Origin: a virus
Lineage: Duplodnaviria; Caudoviricetes
DNA: 64,000 bases
IMG/VR virus record: IMGVR_UViG_3300042358_000005
Location: 32,001-96,000 of that record
Direction: 5' to 3' (one strand)
The translations under genes were made by a program, and so were the position numbers. Shown here piece after piece: positions 32,198 to 42,060 of this stretch. The notes beneath the pieces are model-generated. The model searched no databases. It worked only from the letters and a program-made list of their open reading frames with translations, and was not told where the DNA came from. Within the stretch, counting starts at the first letter, position 1, and every line of letters begins with the position of its first letter.

Positions 32198-32590
32198 ATG
32201 AGAACAGCTGCAATTTGCCCAACATGTGCTGTGTACGAGAATGCTAAATGCATTGTCTACAATGGCCCTTATCTTACTAATATAAAAGTGAATCCTTTAG
32301 AGGATCTTGAATCTATATTATCTAAGATAAATACTAATTTAGTACCATTATCTGGTACAACTGCTCCTAGTAGCTCTGCTACATATTTAGGACAAACTTA
32401 TTTGAATACAACAAGATATATGTTATACTTTGCTAAGTCTGTAGGGACTGGAGCAGCTGACTGGAGTCTTGTATTAACAACCCCTGCTACAGGTACACCT
32501 GAGTTAGCTAACAATGCTGCTGCTCTATTTGCTGGCTTAGTTGCTGGTCAGATCTACCGTACAGGAGATCTTCTTAAAATCGTTCACTAA
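32198..32590 (+). CDS. Small structural/fibre protein
   Basis: 130 aa; N-terminal CIVYNGPYL…LESILSKIN shared with the next gene; C-terminal GLVAGQIYRTG. Confidence 0.6.
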   Translation: MRTAAICPTCAVYENAKCIVYNGPYLTNIKVNPLEDLESILSKINTNLVPLSGTTAPSSSATYLGQTYLNTTRYMLYFAKSVGTGAADWSLVLTTPATGTPELANNAAALFAGLVAGQIYRTGDLLKIVH

Positions 32591-32602
32591 TAATCCAATC
32601 CA

Positions 32603-35600
32603 ATGAGTGTAATTTGTGCTGCTAATCCTTGCCCAATATTATTAAGTGCATCCTGTGTATTCTACGAAGGACCTAACTTAATATGTACTGGTATAAATAC
32701 TAACGAAACCCTTGAATCTGCATTAAAGAAAATTAATGATAGACTGTGTTCAGGTGCTGGTGCTGATGGAACTAGTGGTACTTCTGGTACCAGTGGAACG
32801 TCAGGTACCTCAGGCACTAGTGGAACATCCGCAACTTCAGGCACTTCTGGTACCACTGGTACTAGTGGTAGTTCTGGTACTAGTGGTAGTTCTGGAACCT
32901 CAGGAACTACTGGAACCAGTGGTACATCTGCTACATCTGGAACTGCTGGAACTTCAGGAGTGCAAGGTGATAGATATAGAACAGTCTCTACAGATTGTTT
33001 TACATTAGGTAACTCAGGAACACTTATTGTTGATATAGGATTGTCATACACTCCTGGTCAATCAATTGTTATTGCATACAATGCATTTAATTATCAAGAA
33101 TCTGTTGTTTTAACATACAATCCTTTTACAGGAGATTTAACTTTCACTGCCCCTACATTAGTAGTTGGTGCTGGAAACTATTGTATATGGGATATAAACC
33201 TAGATGGAGCAACAGGAGGAGATGGATCTTCTGGTACTAGTGGAACAAGTGCTACAGCTGGTACAAGCGGTACAACAGGAACTAGTGGTACAACAGGAAC
33301 TAGTGGTTCTAGTGGAACTTCTGGAAGCTCAGGTACATCGGGTACTAGTGGCACATCTGGTAGTTCTGGTACTACTGGAACTTCAGGAACAACAGGAACA
33401 AGTGGCTCTGCAGGATCAAGTGGGTCAAGTGGATTAAATGGATCTTCTGGAGCTGCTATAGCTAACTGGTTTGCAAGTTATTCTGATAATGGGAATCAAC
33501 CTATAATAGCTGCAAATACACCTACACCAGTTACATACAATACAACAGAAATAGCAAATGGTATTATTCTAGATGTTAGTCAACAGATTAGATATCCACA
33601 TGCTAACATATATGAATTTGGATATTCTCTACAAGTAGAAAAAACTGGTGGCCCAAGTACAGATATAGAGATATGGATTAGAAAGAATGGTAATAACATT
33701 GTTAGAACAGATTCTTATTTAAGTATTACAGCTGATGGTGTAATACAACTACCATATGTATCTTTTATATTAGAACTATTAGCTAATGATTATTTAGAAA
33801 TTATATTTTCTTCTACAAGTCAATATGTTCAATTAACAGCTAAGGCTGCTAAAACTTCTCCATACGCTGCACCAGCAGCACCTTCTGTTATTGTTAATAC
33901 AAAACAAATAGGTGTAGGTGTAGGTAGTACATCAGGAACCTCTGGTACTAGTGCCACATCAGGTACTACAGGAACATCAGGTACCTCTGCAACATCAGGT
34001 ACGTCTGCTACAAGTGGAACTGCTGGAACTAGTGGAACCTCTGCAACAAGTGGTACTTCAGGTACATCAGGAACTAATGGTTCTGCAGGAACTTCTGGTA
34101 CTTCTGGAACGTCAGGTACTAGTGGTAGCTCAGGAACATCAGGAGTAGATGGTACATCAGGTACAAGTGGAATAGATGGATCTAATGGTACGTCAGGTAC
34201 ATCTGGTACAAGCGGTAGTTCTGGATCTTCATCAACTAGTGGTACTAGTGGAACAAGTGGAACTACAGGTACATCAGGAAGTTCTGGAAGCTCAGGAAGT
34301 TCTGGAACAAGTGGAACTAGCGGTACTAATGGATCAGCTGGAACCTCTGGTACATCTGCTACTAGTGGGACTTCTGGTACATCGGGTACCAGTGGGACTT
34401 CTGGAACATCAGCCACAAGTGGAACTAGTGGTACTAGTGCAACTAGTGGGTCTTCAGGAAGCTCTGGATCCTCTGCTACATCTGGTACATCTGGATATTC
34501 TGGAGATAAATATGCTACATCATCTACTACATGTTACACTATACAAGCACCTCCTGGTACAGGTACTATTACTGTTGATACAGGGCTTGCTTATACATTA
34601 GGACAAAGTATAATTATAACTTATTCAGGTGATGCTTTACAACACAATGAAGCTATCGTTACAGGATATGATCCATTAACTGGTATATTAAACTTTCAAG
34701 TGACTGGTCAAACTGGTTCAGGATTATATTGCTCATGGTTTGTTAATTTAGATGGTGCAACAGGTGGTGATGGATCAAATGGTACATCAGGTTCTAGTGG
34801 TTCTTCAGCTACAAGTGGCACATCTGGAACAACAGGAACCTCAGGTACTACAGGTACATCAGGATCTAGTGGAACAACTGGTACATCTGGAACAACTGGT
34901 ACGTCTGGTACGTCTGGTACTAGTGGTACTACAGGTAGTTCTGGATCATCAGGTATTGATGGTACATCAGGAACTACAGGTACATCTGGTACATCTGCTA
35001 CTAATGGTACAGGTGGAACTAGTGGAACAAGTGGAAGCTCTGGTTCTTCTTCTACATCTGGTACATCAGGATCTTCTTCTACGTCTGGTTCTTCAGGTTC
35101 TAGTGGAACAAATGGAACAGGTGGAACATCAGGATCTAGTGGATCTTCTGGTAGTAGCGCAACTTCAGGTACATCAGGTACATCAGCAATTAATGGAACA
35201 GATGGAACTTCTGGAACATCAGGGTCTAGTGGTACAGCTGGTACATCTGGAAGTACAGGAACAAGCGGAACTTCAGGAAGTAGTGGTTCTAGTGCAACAT
35301 CAGGAACATCAGGTACCACAGGTACGTCTGGTTCAAGTGGAATTAATGGTTCTAATGGAACCTCTGGAACCTCTGGAACCTCTGGTGCAAGTGGTTTAGG
35401 ATATACAAATCCTGTTGCTGGTCCAACATCTGGAACTTGGGTAACAGATTGTTCTTTAGTAGGAACAAATATTTCTTTTTATATATCTGGATCAGAATTA
35501 GGTGCATACACTGTAGGTAATTTTGTAAATCTAATTGATACTACATCAGGTAGTACATTCTATTATTATGGTAGAATAACTTTAATACAATTTGCTGGAG

Positions 35601-38600
35601 GATTTGGATGGGCAATATATGTTGATGTATTAGATTGTGGTGGGGTACCAGTTGGATCTCCATCAGGAAATTGGCAAATGCTACTTACAGGAACTGAAGG
35701 TTCTTCAGGATCTAGTGGTACATCTGGATCTAGTGGTACATCTGGAACTAGTGGTATTAATGGTACTAATGGAAGTTCAGGAACTAGTGGTACAACTGGA
35801 ACATCAGGGTCATCAGGTATCAATATAGGTTCTAGTGCGGTTATTATATTAGGTGCTGGTGTATGTTCTTCTGTAAGAGATGGAGTTGGTAATACTTCTA
35901 CTGGTGCGTTTAGTGCTTCTTTAGGAGGTCAAAATAATAATGCAACTAATAGTTGTGCGACAATAGCTGGTGGATGTACAAATAATGCAACTGGTCAAGT
36001 ATCAACAATTGGTGGTGGTCAAAATAACACTGCTTCTAATTATCAATCAACAGTTGGAGGTGGTAAATCTAACATTGCTTCTGGAGAAAAATCAACAGTT
36101 AGTGGTGGTCAATCTAACACTGCTAATGGTAATTTTGCAACAGTAAGTGGAGGTTTAAGTAATGTAAGTTCTTATGTAGGTACTGTTAGTGGAGGTGTTA
36201 ACAACAATTCTAGTGCTTATTCTTCAACAATTGGGGGTGGTAAACAAAACACTGCTTCTGGAGATACATCAATAATAGCTGGTGGTGGTTGTAATACTGC
36301 TTCTGGTGGTCGTTCAACAATTGGTGGTGGTTATCGAAATGTCGCTTGTAATATTTATTCAACAGTTGCTGGTGGTAATAGTAACTTTGCTTCTGGTAGT
36401 CGTTCATTTATTGGTGGTGGTTTTTCAAATACTGCTTCTAATAGTTATTCAACAATTACTGGTGGTAATGGTAATATTGCTTCTGGTATTCGTGCAACAA
36501 TTGGTGGAGGACAAGAAAATTCTGCTTCTAATTCTTGTTCAACAGTCAGTGGTGGTCTTTTTAACATTGCTTCTGGTTTTAATTCATTTGTAGGTGGTGG
36601 TAAAGGAAATGTTGCTTCTAGTGATTGTTCAACAGTTAGTGGTGGTTATAAAAACTGTGCAACTCAGAATTATTCAACAATTGGAGGTGGTAGATATAAT
36701 TTTATTTCAACTCGTTTGTCAACAATTGGTGGTGGATGTTCTAATAGATTAGCTGGTAATCATTGTTTTGGTACTATCGGTGGTGGATATTGTAATTTTG
36801 TAAAAGGACAATATGGTAGTTATAATAGTAAAGCATCAACTATTAGTGGAGGAAGAAATAATTATACCTGTGGTTCATATATTAGCATTAGTGGTGGATT
36901 ACGAAATTGTGCAACTGGTGCTTGTTCAACTATTGGTGGTGGTAAATGTAATGTTACAAGTTACGCTGGTTCAACAATAAGTGGTGGTTCTTATAATATT
37001 GCTTCTAATAGTTATTCAACAGTTGGAGGAGGATATTGTAACACTGCATCTGGTAATGATTCAATAGTAGGAGGTGGTAATAGTAATACTGCTTCTGCTT
37101 GTAGTTCAACAATTGGTGGTGGTCGTAGCAATACTGCTACTAATTATTTTGCCACAATTGGTGGTGGTCAACAAAACATTGCTTCTGGTCTTTATTCAGC
37201 AGTTGGTGGAGGTCAAGCTAATACTGCTTCTGGTTCTCGTTCAACAATTGGTGGTGGTGTTGCTAACACTGCTTCTGGTTATCGTTCAACAATAGGGGGT
37301 GGTTATAGTAATACTGCTTCTGCTTATCATTCAACAATTGGTGGGGGTAAAACTAATACTGCTTCTGGCATCCGTTCAACAGTTAGTGGTGGATATAGTA
37401 ATATTGCTTATAATTTTAGTTCAACAGTTGGAGGTGGTCAATATAATAATGCTTCTGGTATAGGTTCAACAGTAAGTGGTGGCGGAGTGAATTATTATAA
37501 TTTTAGTTATTATAGTGCTGGTAATAGTGCTTTTGGAAATTCTTCAACAATTGGCGGTGGTCTTTTTAATATTGCTTCTGGATGTAGTTCTTTTATTGGT
37601 GGTGGTTGTAGCAACACTGCTTCTGCTAATAGTTCAACAATAAGTGGTGGTCAAAGCAACACTTCTTCTAGTAATTTTTCAACAGTTGGTGGTGGTGTAA
37701 TTAACACTGCTTCTAATCCTTATTCAACAGTTAGTGGTGGTTTACAAAACACTGCTTCTGGTAATTCTTCAACAGTAGGTGGTGGTAGAAATAATATTGC
37801 ATCTGGTATTCAATCAGCAATTGGTGGGGGTTGTCAAAATACTGCTTCTGCAACTTATTCAACTGTTGGTGGTGGTAAATATAATACTAACAATAGTCAG
37901 TATTCTACAATTTCTGGTGGTTGTGGTAATATAATTCCAAATACACAAAATAATAGAAACACTATTGGTGGTGGAGTTTGTAATGTAATGATAGCTAATA
38001 CAAGTGGTGCTACAATTAGTGGTGGTAGAGCTAATACTATAAGTAGTGGTAGTGGTAGTTGTTATATGACTATTAGTGGTGGTTGTTGTAATACTATTAC
38101 TTCTGGTACTGCATCAACTATTGGAGGTGGGAAATGTAATACTACTTCGGCTTTTAGTGCAACAGTTAGTGGTGGATATAGTAATACTGCTTCTGCTGGT
38201 CGTGCAACAGTTGGAGGTGGTAGTAATAATGTTGCTTCTGTTTATTGGGCAACAGTTGGAGGTGGTAATGCAAACAATGCTTGTGGTCAATCTTCAACAA
38301 TAGGCGGTGGAACTTCTAATATTGCTTCTAGTAATTATTCAATAGTTGGTGGTGGTTATTCTAATGATGCTACTAATTCTTTTGCAATAGTTGGTGGTGG
38401 TAATGCAAACACTGCTTCTGGTAGTCGTTCTACAATAAGTGGTGGTCAATCAAATACTGCTTCTTCTTCTTATTCAACAATAGGAGGTGGTTTAAATAAT
38501 ATTGGTTCTGGTTGTTTCTCAACAATTAGTGGAGGTCAAGGCAATACTGCTTCTGGTACTCTTTCAAATACTGGAGGTGGTTTTTGCAACATTGCTTCTG

Positions 38601-39502
38601 GTAGTCTTTCAACAATTGGTGGTGGTCAATGTAACAGAAATTGTTCTGACTATTCAATAATTGGCGGTGGTGTAAGTAATTGTACAGATTACGGATGTTT
38701 GAATACCATTAGTGGTGGTATGACAAATAGAATGATTCATAATACCAATAGTATTATTGGGGGAGGTCAGAATAACTCAATTTGTGGAAATATTGCTAAT
38801 TCTTCTTATACTCGTGGTAATTCTATTTTGGGAGGTTATAATAACGCTATAAACAATATAAGTTACGCTACGGAATCTCAAAATAATACAATAACTGGCG
38901 GAATATCCAATAGTATATTTGCATATAATTCTGCATATACCTGTTCTAATTTTATTGGTGGTGGTAAGAGTAATGCAATTTGTTCTTCAAGTAGTGATAA
39001 AGCCAGTTATAATTCTATTATAGGTGGTAGAAGTAATAATATAACTGGTTTTTGTAACTCACATATTATTGGTAGTTACCTTTCTGTAACTGCCAATGAC
39101 ACAACATTTGTTCAAGCATTATCAAAAACAAGTGGTACGTTTAGAATTAAGCACCCAGAACCTATAAAAAACAAAACGCATTACTTACAACACTCGTTTG
39201 TTGAATCGCCTACTGCTGGAGATAATATTTATAGATATGTTGTTAAAGTAGTAGATGGTGTTGCTGAAATTGAATTGCCAGAGTATTTCAAATTCCTAAA
39301 TGAAAACACTCAAATTTGGGTAACGCCCAAAGAAGGTTTTGGAATTGCTTATGGAAAAGTAGATGAAAATTTAAAAAAAGTAACTATATTTGCTAACGAG
39401 GATTTAGAATATAACGTTCTTATCATAGGAACAAGAAAAGATAAAGATGCTATTGAAAATTGGAATGGTATTGAAATATTACAAAATAAAATAAATAAAT
39501 AA
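32603..39502 (+). CDS. Long tail fibre/spike: Gly-Thr-Ser collagen-register tracts, globular modules, 14-aa beta-helix repeats and a C-terminal chaperone-like domain
   Basis: 2299 aa; (G/A)-T/S-S/T triplets; STIGGGxxNxASxx repeats; C-terminal KTSGTFRIKHP…LQHSFVESP…IELPEYF. Confidence 0.8.
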   Translation: MSVICAANPCPILLSASCVFYEGPNLICTGINTNETLESALKKINDRLCSGAGADGTSGTSGTSGTSGTSGTSGTSATSGTSGTTGTSGSSGTSGSSGTSGTTGTSGTSATSGTAGTSGVQGDRYRTVSTDCFTLGNSGTLIVDIGLSYTPGQSIVIAYNAFNYQESVVLTYNPFTGDLTFTAPTLVVGAGNYCIWDINLDGATGGDGSSGTSGTSATAGTSGTTGTSGTTGTSGSSGTSGSSGTSGTSGTSGSSGTTGTSGTTGTSGSAGSSGSSGLNGSSGAAIANWFASYSDNGNQPIIAANTPTPVTYNTTEIANGIILDVSQQIRYPHANIYEFGYSLQVEKTGGPSTDIEIWIRKNGNNIVRTDSYLSITADGVIQLPYVSFILELLANDYLEIIFSSTSQYVQLTAKAAKTSPYAAPAAPSVIVNTKQIGVGVGSTSGTSGTSATSGTTGTSGTSATSGTSATSGTAGTSGTSATSGTSGTSGTNGSAGTSGTSGTSGTSGSSGTSGVDGTSGTSGIDGSNGTSGTSGTSGSSGSSSTSGTSGTSGTTGTSGSSGSSGSSGTSGTSGTNGSAGTSGTSATSGTSGTSGTSGTSGTSATSGTSGTSATSGSSGSSGSSATSGTSGYSGDKYATSSTTCYTIQAPPGTGTITVDTGLAYTLGQSIIITYSGDALQHNEAIVTGYDPLTGILNFQVTGQTGSGLYCSWFVNLDGATGGDGSNGTSGSSGSSATSGTSGTTGTSGTTGTSGSSGTTGTSGTTGTSGTSGTSGTTGSSGSSGIDGTSGTTGTSGTSATNGTGGTSGTSGSSGSSSTSGTSGSSSTSGSSGSSGTNGTGGTSGSSGSSGSSATSGTSGTSAINGTDGTSGTSGSSGTAGTSGSTGTSGTSGSSGSSATSGTSGTTGTSGSSGINGSNGTSGTSGTSGASGLGYTNPVAGPTSGTWVTDCSLVGTNISFYISGSELGAYTVGNFVNLIDTTSGSTFYYYGRITLIQFAGGFGWAIYVDVLDCGGVPVGSPSGNWQMLLTGTEGSSGSSGTSGSSGTSGTSGINGTNGSSGTSGTTGTSGSSGINIGSSAVIILGAGVCSSVRDGVGNTSTGAFSASLGGQNNNATNSCATIAGGCTNNATGQVSTIGGGQNNTASNYQSTVGGGKSNIASGEKSTVSGGQSNTANGNFATVSGGLSNVSSYVGTVSGGVNNNSSAYSSTIGGGKQNTASGDTSIIAGGGCNTASGGRSTIGGGYRNVACNIYSTVAGGNSNFASGSRSFIGGGFSNTASNSYSTITGGNGNIASGIRATIGGGQENSASNSCSTVSGGLFNIASGFNSFVGGGKGNVASSDCSTVSGGYKNCATQNYSTIGGGRYNFISTRLSTIGGGCSNRLAGNHCFGTIGGGYCNFVKGQYGSYNSKASTISGGRNNYTCGSYISISGGLRNCATGACSTIGGGKCNVTSYAGSTISGGSYNIASNSYSTVGGGYCNTASGNDSIVGGGNSNTASACSSTIGGGRSNTATNYFATIGGGQQNIASGLYSAVGGGQANTASGSRSTIGGGVANTASGYRSTIGGGYSNTASAYHSTIGGGKTNTASGIRSTVSGGYSNIAYNFSSTVGGGQYNNASGIGSTVSGGGVNYYNFSYYSAGNSAFGNSSTIGGGLFNIASGCSSFIGGGCSNTASANSSTISGGQSNTSSSNFSTVGGGVINTASNPYSTVSGGLQNTASGNSSTVGGGRNNIASGIQSAIGGGCQNTASATYSTVGGGKYNTNNSQYSTISGGCGNIIPNTQNNRNTIGGGVCNVMIANTSGATISGGRANTISSGSGSCYMTISGGCCNTITSGTASTIGGGKCNTTSAFSATVSGGYSNTASAGRATVGGGSNNVASVYWATVGGGNANNACGQSSTIGGGTSNIASSNYSIVGGGYSNDATNSFAIVGGGNANTASGSRSTISGGQSNTASSSYSTIGGGLNNIGSGCFSTISGGQGNTASGTLSNTGGGFCNIASGSLSTIGGGQCNRNCSDYSIIGGGVSNCTDYGCLNTISGGMTNRMIHNTNSIIGGGQNNSICGNIANSSYTRGNSILGGYNNAINNISYATESQNNTITGGISNSIFAYNSAYTCSNFIGGGKSNAICSSSSDKASYNSIIGGRSNNITGFCNSHIIGSYLSVTANDTTFVQALSKTSGTFRIKHPEPIKNKTHYLQHSFVESPTAGDNIYRYVVKVVDGVAEIELPEYFKFLNENTQIWVTPKEGFGIAYGKVDENLKKVTIFANEDLEYNVLIIGTRKDKDAIENWNGIEILQNKINK
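32768..35820 (+). repeat. Five coding tracts of 9-nt Gly-Thr/Ser-Ser/Thr triplet repeats separated by globular modules
   Basis: Tracts at about 32768-32967, 33223-33453, 33923-34503, 34773-35398 and 35690-35820; synonymous codons are scrambled. Confidence 0.9.
35888..39060 (+). repeat. Coding tandem repeat with a ~42-nt (14-aa) unit, roughly 70 copies
   Basis: Recurrent tcaacaattggtggtggt…aatactgcttct; protein unit STIGGG-x-x-N-T-A-S-x-x. Confidence 0.9.
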
Positions 39503-39507
39503 ATAAA

Positions 39508-39834
39508 ATGGAAAATTTCACAATTCACATCTTCGGTTACGGAGAAACACAAATCAATTCAAAAGATTTGTCAGTAAAAGTATCAACTGATACATTAACA
39601 ACAGTAACGCCTTTAGTGGCTGGAATATTTGCTAAAAAACCAGCAGATAATCCAACTGTAATTACAGACTTTCACGCTATTAACCTATTTGGTTATAACG
39701 ATGTTCGTTGGACTGCAAAAGATAGCTTTAACGTAAAAGATGATGCTGACTTAAAACCACTTATCGATGCTTTAATTGCTGAATTGCAAAAAGCAAAAGA
39801 CACAACTACTACCACAACTACAATATTGGTATAG
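39508..39834 (+). CDS. Hypothetical protein with a poly-Thr C-tail
   Basis: 108 aa; ends DTTTTTTTILV. Confidence 0.7.
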   Translation: MENFTIHIFGYGETQINSKDLSVKVSTDTLTTVTPLVAGIFAKKPADNPTVITDFHAINLFGYNDVRWTAKDSFNVKDDADLKPLIDALIAELQKAKDTTTTTTTILV

Positions 39835-39852
39835 TGTTCTAGATTTATTAAG

Positions 39853-39888
39853 AAAAAGGTAAGATTTTTATTAGTCTTACCTTTTTTT
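39853..39888 (+). terminator. Intrinsic terminator
   Basis: AAAAAGGTAAGAT…GTCTTACCTTTTTTT inverted repeat with a T-run. Confidence 0.75.
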
Positions 39889-39891
39889 GTT

Positions 39892-39899
39892 TATCTTTG
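39892..39899 (+). promoter_or_regulatory. -7 box TATCTTTG for the sulfation cassette
   Basis: TAnnTTTG match directly after the terminator, 19 nt before ATG 39919. Confidence 0.55.
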
Positions 39900-39918
39900 T
39901 ATATAAAATCAATTAGTT

Positions 39919-40740
39919 ATGAAGAAAAGAATTTTATTTAACTCCTCTCTTCCTAGAGCAGGATCAACTCTTCTGCAAAATATTATTGCAGATAACCCAG
40001 ACTTTCATTGTACACCTACATCAGGATTCTTAGATCTTATATTAGGTGCAAAGCAAAGTTATAATAACTCATCAGAAGTAAAAGCACAAGATGCTGAACT
40101 AATGAAGAATGCTTTTGTAGGGTTTTGTCATAATGCTATGGATGGATATTTTAATGCTCTAACAGATAAACCTATTGTCTTAGATAAGAATAGAGGTTGG
40201 GGAATACATATTAATCTAGCTAGTGAGTTCATGGTGTCTCCTAAAGTGGTATGTATGATTAGAGATGTAAGAGCTGTATATTCTTCTATGGAGAAAAACT
40301 TTCGTAAGAATCCTACACAAGAGAATCATGTTCAAAATCCTAATCAATTAGTAGGTACTACTCTTCAAAAGAGAATTAACATATGGGCTGATGGACCACC
40401 AGTAGGTATATCTATGGATAGACTAAAAGATGTATTTGATCAGGGAATAGATAAGAAGATATTATTTATTCGTTATGAAGATTTAATGGACTTTCCTGAA
40501 CAAGAGATGAGACGCTTCTATGAGTATATGGAACTTCCATATTATGAAGGACACAACTTTGAAACTGTTACACAGCATACACATGAAAATGATGCTATAC
40601 ATGGAATATATGGTGATCATAAACTAAGAACAAAGTTTGAAAGAAAGCCTGATGATTTTGAAGAAATCTTAGGATTTGAAATATGTCAATCAATTAAAAA
40701 CACTTATCCTTGGTTCTTTACCAAATTTGGATACGTATAA
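39919..40740 (+). CDS. PAPS-dependent sulfotransferase
   Basis: 5'-PSB loop SLPRAGSTLLQNI, DKNR, 3'-PB RDVRAVYSS, RYEDL. Confidence 0.85.
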   Translation: MKKRILFNSSLPRAGSTLLQNIIADNPDFHCTPTSGFLDLILGAKQSYNNSSEVKAQDAELMKNAFVGFCHNAMDGYFNALTDKPIVLDKNRGWGIHINLASEFMVSPKVVCMIRDVRAVYSSMEKNFRKNPTQENHVQNPNQLVGTTLQKRINIWADGPPVGISMDRLKDVFDQGIDKKILFIRYEDLMDFPEQEMRRFYEYMELPYYEGHNFETVTQHTHENDAIHGIYGDHKLRTKFERKPDDFEEILGFEICQSIKNTYPWFFTKFGYV

Positions 40741-40750
40741 ATCAACCAAT

Positions 40751-41620
40751 ATGAATATAATATTTGATATATCAGGAGGCTTAGGAAAGAATGTTCTTTC
40801 TACAGCTGTATTAAAAGCTATTAAGACTAAACATCCTAAAGCAAACGTAATTGTTCTTACATCTTATCCAGATGTGTTTATTGGTAATCCAAATGTAAAC
40901 AAGGTGATAGTTCATGGAACCACATTAGGTCTTTATAAAGATTACATAATGGGTAAGGACACAAAGATTTTTATTACAGATCCTTATACATGCTCTGATT
41001 ACTTAACAGAATCAAAACATCTAATTGAAATATGGTGTAAACTATGTGAGGTGCCATATAATAATGAATTACCTGAGCTTTTTATATCTAAAACAGAAAT
41101 AGAATACTTTGCTCCATTCTATAAATTAGATAAACCTATTCTTGCTATACAACCTAATGGTGGTCCTCAAGATCAACCATTAAAATATAGTTGGACAAGA
41201 GACATTCCTTCTCCAGTAATTAATGATGTAATACAACATTACAAAAAGAAATATACAATTGTACACATTAAACGTGATGATCAACCAATCTACGATGATA
41301 CAGTAGGAGCTCTTGATTCATTTAGAAGTATAGCTGTTCTATTATCATTATCAGAAAGAAGACTTCTTATTGATTCATCAGCTATGCATATTGCTATAGC
41401 TCTAGGACTTCCAAGTGTTGTATGTTGGATAGGAACAAATTCAAAGGTGTTTGGATATGAAATGAATACTAATATAGATGCTAATGCTCCAGACAAAGAA
41501 TTAAACTTAGATCATCCATATTTACAAAGACTTCCATTGTTTGAAGATATCTCTAGATGTCCATATACAGAACTAGGAAGTATATTCAATAGCGAAGACA
41601 TAATTAAAGCATTGAAATAA
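40751..41620 (+). CDS. GT9 (ADP-heptose transferase-like, GT-B fold) glycosyltransferase
   Basis: ATG 40751 preferred; GGLGKNV…VFIGNPNV…IDSSAMHIAIALGLPSVV. Confidence 0.75.
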   Translation: MNIIFDISGGLGKNVLSTAVLKAIKTKHPKANVIVLTSYPDVFIGNPNVNKVIVHGTTLGLYKDYIMGKDTKIFITDPYTCSDYLTESKHLIEIWCKLCEVPYNNELPELFISKTEIEYFAPFYKLDKPILAIQPNGGPQDQPLKYSWTRDIPSPVINDVIQHYKKKYTIVHIKRDDQPIYDDTVGALDSFRSIAVLLSLSERRLLIDSSAMHIAIALGLPSVVCWIGTNSKVFGYEMNTNIDANAPDKELNLDHPYLQRLPLFEDISRCPYTELGSIFNSEDIIKALK

Positions 41621-42060
41621 TGGCAGTATATTGGTTTACAGGACAGCCTTCACATGGTAAAACAGTTTTGGCTAAATTGCTAAAAGAAGAACTACAGAAA
41701 TACGATAGAGTTTTTCATATAGATGGTGATGATCTTAGAGCTCTTACATTAAACAAAGACTTCTCTGAACAAGGAAGAATAGATAATGTCAAAGGTGCAC
41801 AAAAAATAGCACATTATTTACATAATAAAGATTATACAGTGGTAGTTTCACTCATTGCTCCATATAGATGGCAGAGAGAAGAACTAAAAACTATGCTTGG
41901 TGCAGATCTTGTAGAACTATATGTTCATACAACAGAACCAAGAGAAAGAGATCATTTTAGTGTAAAAGATTATGAAGCTCCCTTAGAGAACTTTATAGAT
42001 GTAGACACTACAGATGATACACCAGAAGAATCATTTGCTAAAATTTTAAAACTAATATAA
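41620..42060 (+). CDS. cysC: Adenylyl-sulfate (APS) kinase
   Basis: WFTGQPSHGKT P-loop, IDGDDLR, DFSEQGRIDNV, YEAP. Confidence 0.85.
   Translation: MAVYWFTGQPSHGKTVLAKLLKEELQKYDRVFHIDGDDLRALTLNKDFSEQGRIDNVKGAQKIAHYLHNKDYTVVVSLIAPYRWQREELKTMLGADLVELYVHTTEPRERDHFSVKDYEAPLENFIDVDTTDDTPEESFAKILKLI

Noticed and set aside
32662-38303. Many alternative-frame and antisense ORFs (VPEVPLVP…, VVVILLL…) over the fibre gene
   Set aside because: Shadows of the GTS and STIGGG coding repeats, which lack stops in other frames
35888-39060. Regular ~42-nt periodicity resembling a CRISPR array
   Set aside because: The units are degenerate at synonymous positions and in frame within a CDS; no identical repeats, unique spacers or cas genes
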